Source: Paraspadella gotoi
Lineage: Eukaryota > Animalia > Chaetognatha
Direction: 5' to 3'
Length of the DNA: 64,000 bases
Assembly: GCA_051294375.1 (NCBI GenBank)
Contig: CM119270.1
Coordinates: 20,544,417 to 20,608,416, forward strand
Both the position numbers and the translations under genes were made by a program. The notes beneath the pieces are model-generated. The model did not search any database and was not told where the DNA came from. It saw nothing but the letters and a program-made list of their open reading frames with translations. This document shows positions 13,050-25,244 of the stretch, piece by piece. The first letter of the stretch is position 1. The number at the start of each line of letters is the position of its first letter.

Positions 13050-13260
13050 ATTCTCTCAGTTAACGTGATAGTGCCAGTGGCGGTGGATAAGCGCGTGGCG
13101 TTCCATGATAAGTGTGTTTAGATAGGCCCCATTTTTCCTACGAACATTCGTGGTAAGCAAGTGTTAATTGATGCACCTGTATCGTATAAGCAGCTGGCAG
13201 GTGCCCTGCTATCACCTGGCTGGGATGTAGCTATTTTTGCCAGTGAGGCGGTTGATATCC
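13050..13260 (-). pseudogene. pol: Retroviral-type aspartic protease
   Basis: ASCLYDTGASINTC in ORF 13118-13465; DTGA at 13172-13183. Confidence 0.8.
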
Positions 13261-14249
13261 GTGGTCGTCTTCTAGGTTTCTGCCCTACAGTCCCCTGTAT
13301 CCGGATTATGCAATCTTTTCTGGTAGCCCCGGCATGTCTCTTTGCCGTCTTTGTGCTTTTCCAACTTTTCCTTTTGGAGGAGGGAAGTCTTCCGGCAAAT
13401 GGCACTCGAGTTTCGAACCTTTCCTGAATGGTCGCTTGATGGAGAGATTTCTCCACTTTGGACATCCAGCGACTATCTGGTAGTGTTGGGTTGTTCTTCT
13501 GCTGCCTGTTGGTCGGGCAGTTTCCTTAAGCCCAGACTTTCTACCACGTTTTGTTGATTGAGTCTGTTCCTTTTTCCTTGTTGTGGGTGAGGGTAAGCGT
13601 TGGGGAGGGCGTTGCTGGCGTCGCTATTTGGCGGTTTGCGTCGGGTTGGATTGTTTTCCTTGGCCGGAGGAGGAGGAGGAGGAGGAGGAGGAAGAGGAAG
13701 CATTATCCTTTCGCTTCGCCCTTCTCAATTAGCTTGGCGGCAGGTTTTTGACCTTGATATTATGGCTCTTTGGCCTGCCATGTCTGTACAGCTCCAGTCC
13801 TTCCACCACCATTTTGTGGAGATATATTGTTGGCGCGAGGGCAATCTCGCTGGCATGCGAGAGGTTTGAACAACTTGTGATCCGTTCGATGCTGTTGATT
13901 TTCCTCTTTAGCATTGTTTGCCGTTTGAGCGAGTATGCTTAAACCTTCTCTCTAAGGTGCCCTTCGACGGGTCGTGTGTCGATTGCCATGACTTTTCCGC
14001 TAGGCTTTTGTAGAAATCTCTTAGCTGTTGTTGTGTCTCCTTTTCTTTTTTCTAATTTCCTATTTTATTCACCAGCACGGTATGTAAATAGAAATCGTCT
14101 TTATTTTCATCGAAATCAGTAAAGCAGAATATTTTCAATTTCACGAGTTAAGGTCTACAATATCTCTGCCTCTTGCCTAAAGTTTTGAACTTTTTTCTTC
14201 GCCTTTTTTTCGTCGCGCCAATTAGACTTTTTCCCAACCCGGTTTTTGT

Positions 14250-15700
14250 AGGGTTTCCTGTCTTGGTCCCTATTCGGGCTGCGTTGCTCCGGCGCTGAGC
14301 GGTCACCTCACGGCGATTTGGCTGGGCGTCCGGTTTTTCCCAGCTCCCCTTTCAGATTCCTTCATCATTCACTCATGTTGTTCATCTGCCTGCAACATGG
14401 ATCCCTGGTAAAATGATGTTGCGCTGGCATGGGGTCCTTGTCCGTTTTGGGCCTTTTTGAACTAAGGCGTTGACGAGCTTCTCCTTGTCTTCGTCTGACA
14501 CGGTTGTTGACCACATTTTCTGATAGTGCTGTCAGTCGTCTTCTTAAGGTAGCCCCTTAGCTTGTATTCTATGGCTTTTCCCAGGAATGCGTGTTTTCGC
14601 CTTTTTCCAAGAGCGTTGTCCATTCTCAAAGTCTCGGAGGTTATCCCGGGGACGTAAGGTTCGAGCGCTTCAACCAACATTTGGGCGACATAGTCAGGGA
14701 TCGAAGCTTTTGTATTTTCTCCCCTGACGGCCTGCAAGTTTTCTTTGCAAGCATTAAACTAATGCCAAGCCCGTTACTTGGCGTGTACATGCGGATCCAC
14801 TTCGATTTTTCGGCCTCTGCGAGGGCCTCGGCTATGCTTACCAAGTGAGCCTTCGCAAGAAGGCTCTGAGTCGCCAAGCCACATGGATTGGTTGATGGGT
14901 CGATGAAACGGCTCCGCGATTTTGTGCTCCTGGCTAGTAGCGCGCAGCTGCTGATCCCACCTTGTCCGGGTAGGCGAATCCTTGAAGGCTTTTCGTAGAA
15001 GCTCGCCGTAAGAAATCTGCTGGCGACTCATCGGATCTCCCCTTTTCGAGCTTAATCGGCTGCTCGGCAGAGGTATAGGAGGGCGGGTCACTTCCTCACC
15101 GCTTTCCGAGGGCGTCTCGTCCCGTGGTAATTTGGCTGATTTTGTTCCGCTGGTTGTCTTAGGAGGTGTCCTTGCGACTGATTCCGGACGACGCAGTTCC
15201 ACGGAAGGTCAGGATATAAGCTGGAGGGCGGCAGGGGAGCTTGGGGAGAAGCTCATGAGTCTCTCATGCGACGCTGGCTTGGTTGTTTTTCATACTCCGC
15301 GCTGACGTGGGTCATGCATTTGTTGCATCAATCTCCGCGGAAGGTCGTCGTATTTTGACCCGAGGTTGGCCTCGCAGTCCTTGACGCGGCCTCTAAGGAC
15401 GGCTATCTCCTGTCTGTTCTGCAGGTTGCGTCAGTTGATAACCTTCAGTACTTCGAGCGTGATTTCGGCGTTTCTCCGCCTGTTTGGCAGTGTTGTTTGC
15501 AGGTATCCACCTGAGTTCGAAGGTGTGGAACTCGAGATCCGCTGCGTTACTGCTACCATCGTCTTGGCAACTCGTGGCGCTTGTGGTTGGCAGTCACGGT
15601 TCCTTTTTCCATCCGCGCTTTGGCTGGGGGGACGGTTTGGAAGGGGAGGGGTTGTCCATGCTTCTTAAAAGGCGGCGTGGTTCCGGTGGTGTAAGGCTTG
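14250..15700 (-). pseudogene. gag: gag-like ORF, fragmented by frameshifts
   Basis: Overlapping minus ORFs 14774-15202, 14641-14877 and 14462-14737 lie directly downstream of the PBS. Assignment is positional; no clear CCHC motif was recognised. Confidence 0.6.
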
Positions 15701-15720
15701 GCTTTTCTTGTGGACGACGT

Positions 15721-15746
15721 GTGAGTTGAATCCACTCCTGTCACCA
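15721..15746 (-). promoter_or_regulatory. Primer-binding site, tRNA-Leu type
   Basis: Minus strand TGGTGACAGGAGTGGATTCAACTCAC closely resembles the complement of the tRNA-Leu 3' end (TGGTGTCAGGAGTGGGATTCGAACCCAC). Confidence 0.8.
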
Positions 15747-15749
15747 CAT

Positions 15750-16177
15750 TTAAGTAAAGAAGACAGGGATTTCAAATATGAAACCAAAGTGGGAATTTTA
15801 TTCTCAGAATATAGACAATAACAGACGGTGTCAAATTCCAGGCAGAGTGAATCAATACAAAACTAGGTGCCCTTTTATACGTTCCCATCGGATCTGGAGG
15901 TTAGGGTAAAATTCCGGGCGGAAGGAAGCCGCATCTGGTCATTGGCTGGTGCCAATTTGTCTTCGGCCCATGAGAGAGTTCGCATTCTCTTCCTTGCTGA
16001 TTTTACTGAAGTCGTTGATCCGATTTTTATTTCTTGAGTTTGATTCCTCTGGCGATGATCTTTTTAATTAAAATAAAATAATTGGGTTAAAAATACAAAT
16101 ATTATAATTTTTAGATAAAATAAGGAATAAACAAATTAACAAAAATTTGAAAAAAATGTATATTTAATTCAGTTACA
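15750..16177 (-). repeat. 5' LTR of the Gypsy element (~430 bp)
   Basis: Begins TGTAAC at 16177 (minus), contains TATAAAAG (15872-15879) and AATAAA (15797-15802), and ends a few nt before the PBS. The exact 3' edge is uncertain because there is no clean CA. Confidence 0.7.
15872..15879 (-). promoter_or_regulatory. TATA box in LTR U3
   Basis: TATAAAAG on the minus strand, ~70 nt upstream of AATAAA inside the LTR. Confidence 0.6.
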
Positions 16178-16314
16178 TGAAACAAGTCTTGAAAGAAAGA
16201 AACAAAATTTAGAGAGAGAGAAAAAAAGAGAGAGAGAAAAAAAAGAAAGAGAGAATGAGAAAAGAAGAGAAAAGAGAAAGAGAGAAAGAGAAAGAGAGAG
16301 AGAGAAAAAAAAGT

Positions 16315-16346
<32 letters not shown>

Positions 16347-16419
16347 TAACAGAGAGATATTCTCAGATACAATAACATAGTCAGAAAGTATATTTTCTCA
16401 TCTAAAACTTTGCTCTCTC

Positions 16420-16700
16420 CTAACTCGCCCCTGGGGGAGCAGTTTTTTGCTCCCCAAGGGGTTACCCCCAGGGGCAGACTTTTTTGGCCCAGGGGGCTAA
16501 GCATTAGGGGACGCCCCTAATAGACCCAAAATGTTGGCCCCAAGGGGAACCCCCTGGGGCGCCCCCTGAGGCAATCCAGAGGGGGCGCCCCCTCAATGAC
16601 CATTTTTACTGCTCCCCCTGGAATAGCCTGCCCCCTGGGGCCGCCCCTAGAGCCANNNNNNNNNNNNNNNNNNNNNNNNNCACCCCGGGGGGCGGAGGAT
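16420..16700. repeat. GC-rich cluster of CCCCTGGGG-type palindromes, likely the subterminal region of a TIR element, cut by a 25-N gap
   Basis: Repeated gcccctggggg / cccccagggg motifs forming local hairpins. Confidence 0.55.
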
Positions 16701-17459
16701 TTGGGAGATGACATATCTCGCGTTTTGTGGTCGGAACTGTGGTTAGGGTCTTGTAGGGAAAAAGAACTGAGTGTGGATTGTGGTGTGGCGACTTTGTGGG
16801 GGTGGGGAGGGGAGTGGGGAAAGAGTAAGCCCGAGGACGCGACAATATTCCCGTTTTGTCCTTCGATAAGTTTTTATTCGAATCTGATTGGTCGACGGAA
16901 ACTTCTTTCAGATCCCAAAGACCAATCGGAGATCAGATTTTTACACTGTGTTTATTATTAATTCGGAGAATGCCAATGCATGAAACAAAATTAACTAACT
17001 TAACTTTACTTTTTTACTTCATCAATTATTTTGTTTAAATATTTAAATTTCCGCTTAGTTTGTTTTTATTAATATTTTCTTTTATTCTTTTTCAACTTCC
17101 CTTCTTTTTTTTCGTTAAAATATTCTTCCTAATCTTTTCTGCTTCGTCGAATCTTTTCGACGAATTTTTTTTTTCCCGCGATTATTGATTCGGTGAATGA
17201 AAGGGAGGGTGAGTCAGGGTAAGTCAGGATGGGTAAGAAAGAAAGCGGAAAAGGAATGGGTGATTGAGAAGTGTGAATGAGAAGGGTGAGTCAGGATGGA
17301 TCAGTGAATCACCGCCCAGTGATTCCATTCGTTCCTTTAATACAGGAATAAAGTGAGAATTATGAGGAGAAAGATTGAGAAGGGAAGGGCAAAGCGTGAC
17401 CATCCCGGTGATGGGTAGTGTTGGTTGGTCACAATGGGTGATTGAACATTCGTGAACAT

Positions 17460-17900
17460 AAAGAGAGTGAGTGAAGATGTGAGACGAAGTATGGGTGAGA
17501 GAGAGAGTGAGTGAGTGAGGGAAGATGTGAGACGAAAAATGGGTGAGTGAGAGAGTGAGTGAAGATGTGAGACAAAGAATGGGTGAGTGAGGGAGTGAGT
17601 GAAGATGTGAGACGAAGAATGGGTGAGTGAGAGATTGAGTGAAGATGTGAGATGAAGAATGGTTGAGTGAGTGAGTGAAGATGAGAGATGAAGAATAGGT
17701 GAGTGAGAGATTGAGTGAAGATGTGAGACGAAGAAGGGGTGAGTGAGAGAATGAGTGAAGATGTGAGACGAAGAATGGGTGAGTGAGAGATTGAGTGAAG
17801 ATGTAAGACGAAGAATGGTTGAGTGATTGAGTGAGTGAGTGAGTGAGTAAAGATGTGAGATGAATAAGGGGTGAGTGTGAGAGTGAGTGAGTGAAGATGG
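17460..17900 (+). repeat. ~40-bp minisatellite (gagtgaagatgtgagacgaagaatgggtgagtgagagatt)
   Basis: About 10 tandem copies visible. Confidence 0.9.
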
Positions 17901-18352
17901 GGCAATATTGTTCGTCCTTTTTCTTTTCCCGATTTCATATATTGTAGTCGTCGAGATAATAACAACTTTTATGGGTTACGTGTTCAGCTGAAAGAATTTG
18001 TGTTTTTATGCTTCGCGAAACTCAATTTATTTTTTTCTTTTCTGTCAATTTCTCGTTTTTATTTAAACGTTTTATAAACATTTTCTGATCTAAACTATTC
18101 TAAATTATTCCTGAATTTTTAAATCATTGCAGGAAGTTGTCAATTATAAATGTCGAATTCTTGTCTTTACAAAATTCTACCGTAGATTAATTTATCTTCA
18201 ACTATATGGAGTTTAAGTTATAGAGTTTAGAAAAAAAGGCTTAATGGTAAAAAAAAAATAAATAACAAAAAAAAATTAATAAATAACAAAATATTTCCAG
18301 CAAATGATGACGTAAAGGGCGGGAAAAAAATCTCCGATGACGTAAAAGTGAC

Positions 18353-18384
<32 letters not shown>

Positions 18385-18420
18385 CTTCAATAGGAATATC
18401 GGATATCTGACACGAACCTT

Positions 18421-18792
18421 TTTAGTTGCGCCGCGAGTACTCCATAAGTCACTTTTCGGTCGGTCTGTCGGTCGGTCAGTTCGTCGGTATGTCATTCCGT
18501 CTGTCTGTCCCACTTTCGTTAAATATGCATATAATTTTTCTATAGTTGGTTGCTCTTTTGTTAAGACAGGAAAAAACCTAAGTGACCGCAAGCTCCGCCT
18601 TCAGGAAATCCGAAATCTAAAATACTTAAATAGAATAAAAGACGAAATTTGGATTATGTGCATGTCATAAATACACGGGCTAAGAAAGTTATTGTAGTCA
18701 TGTTGTCATATCTTATTAAGTCAGGTCATGTCATGTCATGTCACGAGAAATACACGTGATAAGGCGCAACACATGTGAATTACCGTTCTTGT
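18421..18792 (+). mobile_element. HINE/DINE-1-like non-autonomous element, family H2
   Basis: Starts TTTAGTTGCGCCGCGAGTAC, has (GTCG/GTCT)n and (CATGT)n tracts, and ends with subterminal GCGCAAC plus ttcttgtt. Related copies at ~49860-50123, ~52056-52672 and ~63740-63810. Confidence 0.65.
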
Positions 18793-19419
18793 TCCTCTGA
18801 AGTCACTAAGACTCAAAAAGTAATATCTTTTTATGATTTAGCTTCACGTGGCTGAGAATGAAAGGTTGGGGAAACGCTATACTAGTAGCCAACAAAGCAC
18901 AAGGAAAAAAAGTTTTACTAGTTTTAAAGTTCGAGTAAATAATCCAGTTAATTAAGGTTTAAAAGCGTTTTCAAAATTAATCCATTCGTAAAATTTTAAT
19001 AATATAAAAGCCAAAATCTTTAAAAAACGATTGGCCTTAAGGAAAAAAAATTGTGTCAACCCGGTGTTATACAAAATTAAATAATATACAAAAAAAAACT
19101 TAATTAAATACCCAAAGAAACCTTTTTAATAGAGACACGTGGCTTCATTTAAAAAAAGGATGAATGAGACTCGAAGGCAAAAAAAAAAGTTCTAAACCAA
19201 GAGTTTTACGATCGTAATAAAGATGCGACCGAAGAAAAAAAAAACAAACAAACAAACAAAAGGAGATACGTCTTTGTCAAAGTTAATTTCCTCCACTAAC
19301 TAATGAGATAGTAAAAAGGAAGTTATCGGAAAAGAACGGCCTTATTTTCCCTGAACGTTCAATTCCATCTTAAATTCAAAAATGGATTGATTAAAGATTA
19401 TCTAAGGGATTAAGTTAAC

Positions 19420-19880
19420 AAATTAGGTTAGTGTTAATGGTTAGGGATTACTATTACGGATTAGGGTGAGGGATTAAGATTACGGATTAGAGTTAGGGAT
19501 TAAGATTATGGATTAGGGTAAAGGATTAAGATTTTGGATTTTGGTTAGTGATTAAGATTACGTATTAGGGTTAGGGATTAAGATTATAGATTTTGGTTAG
19601 GGATTAAGATTACGGATTAGGGTTAAGGATTAAGATTACTAATTAGGGTTAGAGATTAAGATTATAGATCAGGGTTAGGGATTAAGATTAATAATTAGAT
19701 TTAATAATTAAGATTTCTGATTAGGGTTTGGGATTAAGATTACTAATTAAGGTAATGGATTATGATTATAGATTGAAGTTAGAGATTAAGATTATGAATT
19801 AGGGTTAGGGATTAGGGTTTAAAGCTAAGGGTTAAGGTTATAAATTAAAAAATAAGGGTTTAGGCTTAAGGTTCATGATT
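19420..19880 (+). repeat. ~26-bp TTAGGG-containing minisatellite (agggattaagattacggattagggtt)
   Basis: More than 10 degenerate tandem units; related tract at ~31260-31520. Confidence 0.8.
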
Positions 19881-20278
19881 AGGTTAAGAATTCCATTTTG
19901 GGATATGGGTTTTCAAATATCTTTAAGTTAAATATTAAAGTTAAAAATAAAATTCAAGGTTTTTAACTTGAACAGAAACGGGGCACTCTGGGAAAAGAGA
20001 GCCGAAAGAACGATATATAAATAGAAATGAGACAAAAACTTTTTGACAAAGAGAATTAAAGAAACAATAGCTCTGAAGTTATGATAGGTAAACCTCAGAA
20101 CAATATCAATACAACATCACATCTGAACATCAAAACACAACAACATATCTAAACACAACAACACAACATCACATCTAAACATCACAGTACGCCACAACCT
20201 CACAACATAACCAGCGATCAGGTGAACTCGAAGTTTTATGGAAAACTTGGCTTCTGGCTTCTTTTTAACGCGCGGGCG

Positions 20279-20354
<76 letters not shown>

Positions 20355-20459
20355 TTTTAACGTCTTACCTTTTCTAAAGTGCTTGAGGCTGGAGGGAAAC
20401 TTCTGCTTCTTGTTGGGAGTGACGCTCCGAGAGGAACAGAGGGAACGTGAGTGGGACAT

Positions 20460-20730
20460 GGTTGGGGTTTGAGGGATGTGGAGGGGGTGGAACGACTCGG
20501 AGTTTGGAGGGTGTGGAGGGGGTGGAAAAGAGTCGGAGTTTAGTGGTGTAGAGGGTTGGAAAGAGTCGGAGTCTATGGGTGTGGAGGGGTGGAAAGAGTT
20601 GGAGTTTGAGGGGTGTTAAGGGGGTGGAAAGAGTCGCAGTTTAGGGGTCTGGAGCGGGTGGAAAGAGTCGGAGTTTAGGAGTGTAAAAGGGGTGGAAAGA
20701 GTCGGAGTTTGAAAAGGCTAGAGTCGGAAG
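20460..20730 (+). repeat. ~31-bp G-rich minisatellite (gagtttggagggtgtggaggggtggaaagagtcg)
   Basis: Tandem copies visible. Confidence 0.85.
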
Positions 20731-21699
20731 GAATCAATGTTTTTTGGTCTTGAGGTCGTTCGTGTAGAAAAGCGCGAAAGTTGTCAAGGAATTTCCCAAG
20801 ATATTTTGTTGGTCCGCAGTGAAGAGAGGGTGAGTATTATCGACGGCAGCGATTGGTAAGTTAAGATGACGAATTAGATTCGCTGTGAGAAAGTTGCGAA
20901 GTTTTGAGTGTGATGTTGAATTAGGCCAAGTATTGGGCACAAGCGTTGGGCGAAGAACTAGGCCAAGCTTTAGGCCAAGAGTTGGGTCATAATTGTTATC
21001 TTTTTCTTGGGCTAAATCGTTTGCAGTTTGAGTCGACAAAGTTTGGTAACGAACGAGATGGGAGCAGATGGCAATAGGCCAATTACGAATTGGAGGTGGC
21101 AAAAGGCCTATGACTAGAAAAAGGTGGCAATGGGCCTATGACAAATGGCGGGAGGCAAGAGGGCTATGACGAATTGCAGATGGCAACTTTTGAATGGATC
21201 TAGTCACGTGACAGAATCTGTAGATTTCGAGAGACGATCGCAAGATCGAAAAATATGTCATGTCGTGTCATGTCATGTCGATAAAATTTCAAGATTGTGA
21301 AGGATTTAACGACGCCTTGGCTCGGAGATCATTGTTGTCGTTGTTGTTGTCGTCTTCGGCGTCTTTGTCGTCGTCCTCGTTTTATTTGGCTCTTTCTCTC
21401 TCCTTTGTTGTTCTCCTCCCTCGATGAATTATTGAAGAGAAGAGAGAAAAGTAGAATTCCGTATTATTTCCCTTTTTTTTTCTCTTTTCTTTTCTTTTTC
21501 TTTTCTTTTCTTTCCTCCTTTTTTTAACGGAGGGGAGGAAGAGGGGGGAGGGAGAAGGCGACGTTTCTCTCTTTTTCTTTTCTTTTTCTTTTCTTTTCTT
21601 TCCTCCCTTTTTTTAACGGAGGGGAGGAAGAGGGGCGAGGGAGAAGGCGACGTTTCTCTCTTTTTCTTTTCTTTTCTTTTCTTTTCTTTTCTTTTCTTT

Positions 21700-22359
21700 T
21701 CTTTTTTTTTATCTTAATTCGCAGTTCAAAGTTTTTTTTCGGTTTTAGGGATTTTCTTTTGACGAGTACCTTTCCTTCGCGTTTCTTTTCTTTTTTCTCG
21801 TGCCTCCTTTTTTTTCAGAATCAGTCAGAGTCTCGAGGTTTATTTTTTATTTTTTCCGAGATATCTTCACTTCTCTATCTTTGTTTTACTTTTCTTTTCT
21901 TACCTTCCTCGTTATTTCCACTTCTTTTTTCTCATTCCGGCTGCAGTTGCTGCGTTGCTGCTGCGTTTCTGGGCTGCGCTGCTGTTTACTGCGCTGCGTT
22001 TTTCCAGCTCAACGGGAAAAACGAAAAAAAACCTGAAAAACAAAATCAAGAGAAAAAAGATTTTTATTTTGAAGCGAAAAACATTTTGAATTATTGATTC
22101 GACGGGATTTAAATAATGAAACACAAAGAAGAAATATATATTACAAAATATATGAGATTAATAAAGTAACTTTTAAACAATAACGCTTTAAGTTGAAGTA
22201 AATTTGGGAAAAAAAATCGTTTGTATCTTGAAAAGAAAATGGATTTCATTTTTTAAGGACGTCGGGTCGTTTATCAATCAAAGTCAGAAATTTTAAAAAG
22301 TGAAAAGTGAAAGAAATCCTGGAATTAGTGAATTGTTAAAAGAAGGGAAGAAAAATTGA

Positions 22360-22402
<43 letters not shown>

Positions 22403-22469
22403 TAATAAAGAAAGAAATAAAGAAGGAAAGAGCGTTATAAAGAAAGAAAGAAAGAAAGAAAGAGAGTAA

Positions 22470-22500
<31 letters not shown>

Positions 22501-23272
22501 AAATGAATAATGACTGAATGAATGAATGAAAGAAAGAAAGAAAGAAAGAAAGAANNNNNNNNNNNNNNNNNNNNNNNNNAAAAAAAGAGAGATTCTTTCT
22601 TTCTTCTTTTCTTTCTTTTTTTTTATCTTAATTCGCAGTTCAAAGTTTTTTTTCGGTTTTAGGATTTTCTTTTGACGAGTACCTTTCCTTCGCGTTTCTT
22701 TTTCTTTTTCCTCGTGCCTCCTTTTTTTTAAGAATCAGTCAGAGTCTCGAGGTTTATTTTTTTATTTTTTCCGAGATATCTTCACTTCTCTATCTTTGTT
22801 TTACTTTCTTTTCTTACCTTCCTCGTTATTTCCACTTCTTTTTTCTCATTCCGGCTGCAGTTGCTGCGTTGCTGCTGCGTTTCTGGGCTGCGCTGCTGTT
22901 TACTGCGCTGCGTTTTTCCAGCTCAACGGGAAAAACGAAAAAAAAACCTGAAAAACAAAATCAAGAGAAAAAGATTTTTATTTTGAAGCGAAAAACTTTT
23001 GAATAATTGATTCGACGGGATTTAAATAATGAAACACAAAGAAGAAATATATATTACAAAATATATGAGATTAATAAAGTAACTTTTAAACAATAACGCT
23101 TTAAGTTGAAGTAAATTTGGGAAAAAAAATCGTTTGTATCTTGAAAAGAAAATGGATTTCATTTTTTAAGGACGTCGGGTCGTTTATCAATCAAAGTCAG
23201 AAATTTTAAAAAGTGAAAAGTGAAGAAAATCCTGGAATTAGTGAATTGTTAAAAGAAGGGAAGAAAAATTGA

Positions 23273-23311
<39 letters not shown>

Positions 23312-23380
23312 TAATAAAGAAAAGAAAATAAAGAAGGAAAGAGCGTTATAAAGAAAGAAAGAAAGAAAGAAAGAGAGTAA

Positions 23381-23411
<31 letters not shown>

Positions 23412-23460
23412 ATAATGAATAATGACTGAATGAATGAATGAAAGAAAGAAAGAAAGAAAG
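21700..23460 (+). repeat. ~850-bp near-identical tandem duplication on either side of a 25-N gap (likely assembly overlap artefact)
   Basis: ~21705-22554 is repeated at ~22620-23460, differing mainly in homopolymer lengths; gap at 22555-22579. Confidence 0.85.
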
Positions 23461-23462
23461 AA

Positions 23463-23502
<40 letters not shown>

Positions 23503-23561
23503 GAAAGAAAGAAAGAAGAAAGAAAGAAAAAAAAAAGAAGAAAAAAAAGAAAGAGAGTATA

Positions 23562-23593
<32 letters not shown>

Positions 23594-23636
23594 GAGAAAG
23601 AAAGAAAGAAAGAAAGAAAAAAGAAAGAAAGAGAGT

Positions 23637-23668
<32 letters not shown>

Positions 23669-24128
23669 AAAGAAAGAAAGAAAGAAGGAAAGAGAGAAGG
23701 AAAGAAAGAGAGTAACTAAAAAGAAAAAAGAAAGAAAAAATAAAGAAAGAAAAAAATTAACAAAGACAAAAACAAATAAAACAAAAAAATGATAAAAAAA
23801 AGGGTTGGAATCGAATTTTCGACCAAAAATCACCTCTTTCGCGAAAATTAAAATGAGGATCAACGGAGAAAAATAGGAGAAGAAAAGAAAAGAAAAGAAA
23901 AGAAAAGAAAAGACAAAATAGGAGAAGAAAAGAAAAGAAAAGAAAAGAAAGAAAAAGAAAGAAAAGAAAAAAAAGAAAAGAAAAGAAAAGAAAAGAAAAG
24001 AAAAGAAAAGAAAGAAAGAAAGAAGAAAAGAAAAGAAAAAAAAGAAAAGAAAAGAAAAAAAGAGAAAATAAAGGAGATTCTGAAGATAAAAGAAGAAAAG
24101 GCTAAAAGATGATGTGGAGAAAAGAGCC

Positions 24129-24180
<52 letters not shown>

Positions 24181-24830
24181 GCGAAATTTGTGAAGAAGAA
24201 TGGGTTAAAGAGATGGATGATGAAGACAAAGTTGAAAGGGGAGGATCTGGTGGTGGTTGAGGATTGGAGGCAGAGAAGGAGGAAAAAGGAAAAAAAGAAA
24301 GGAAAAAAAGGTAAAAAAAAAAAGAAAATTGAAAAAAGAAAAGGAAAAATAAGAATGGGAAAAAGAAAGGAAAGGAGAAAGGAAAAAATAAAAGGAAAAA
24401 AAGAAGGAAAATAAGAAGGAAAAAAAAAGGAAAAAAAGAAAGGAAAAAATGAAAGGAAAACAAGAGAGGAAAAAAGAAAATAAAAGGAAAAAAAGGAATG
24501 GGAAAAAAGAAAAAAGAAAGGAAAAAAAGACAGGGAAAAAAGAAAATAAAAAAAGGAAAAATAAGAATGTAAAAAAGAAAGGAAAAAAAAAGAAAGTTAA
24601 AAAGAAAGAAAAAAATGTAAAAAATACAAAATGAAAAAAAAACCGGAAAAAGAAAGGAAAAAAGAAAGGAAAAAAAGAAAGAAAAAAGAAAGAAAAAAAA
24701 GAAAGGAAAAAAGAAAGGAAAAAAATGAGAAAAAGAGAGTCAATAAAATATATAAGAACGGAAAGGAGAGGAAATAAAGGAAATGTCGAAAAATAAAGGG
24801 AAAAAAAGGAAAGGAGACAAAAGATTTCAT
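23270..24830 (+). repeat. (GAAA)n, (GAAAA)n, (GA)n and A-rich low-complexity tract
   Basis: Direct inspection. Confidence 0.95.
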
Positions 24831-25244
24831 TGAGAAAAATGATTATTAAATCGTTTAATGAAGTCGGGAAAATTTGGCAAATAAAAATTATTTATTTACA
24901 ACAGTACAATAAATGAAGTATAAAAACAGCGTTGATTAACAACCGTAGAAAAATCAAGAGAGGGGGAAAAAGTAGGAAAAAGATAAAAAAAAGGAAAAAA
25001 ATAAAAAGATAATAAAAACTAAAAAAATATATTAAAAAGTGAAAAAAAAATTCTAAAAATCTAGATAAATAAAGAAAAATTGGAATGGAGGCGCAAAAAT
25101 AAAAAGAGGAAAGAGATTAAGAGAAAAGGGAGACTCGACGCTTCCTCCCTCTCGAAAAAAAAGGAAAGAAATAATTGGAAGGAAGGAAAGACATTAAAGG
25201 AAATTAAAACCCAAGGTGGAGGAACGGAAGGAAAAAAGAAAAGA

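Larger units (their letters stand above)
5580..16177 (-). mobile_element. Ty3/Gypsy LTR retrotransposon (LTR-PBS-gag-PR-RT-RH-INT-env-like), heavily frameshifted, 3' LTR not seen
   Basis: Domain order on the minus strand: protease LYDTGAS, RT SVDILACFHQV and Y-VDDL, RNase H DA..MGG..VFHSKSF..HINIL(E), integrase VVP..IHERLRHPGRD..HCIRC. PBS and LTR lie upstream. GC content is visibly higher than in the flanks. Confidence 0.9.

Noticed and set aside
19420-19880. Telomere or chromosome-fusion site
   Set aside because: The units are degenerate ~26-mers rather than pure (TTAGG)n or (TTAGGG)n, and there is no head-to-head junction.
21700-23460. Recent segmental tandem duplication
   Set aside because: The copies flank a 25-N gap and differ mainly in homopolymer length, typical of unmerged contig overlaps or haplotypes.
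23249-24830. Long F/L/S-rich and K/E/R-rich ORFs (e.g. 204 aa at 23249-23863)
   Set aside because: They are translations of (GAAA)n and (GA)n microsatellites, with no coding complexity.
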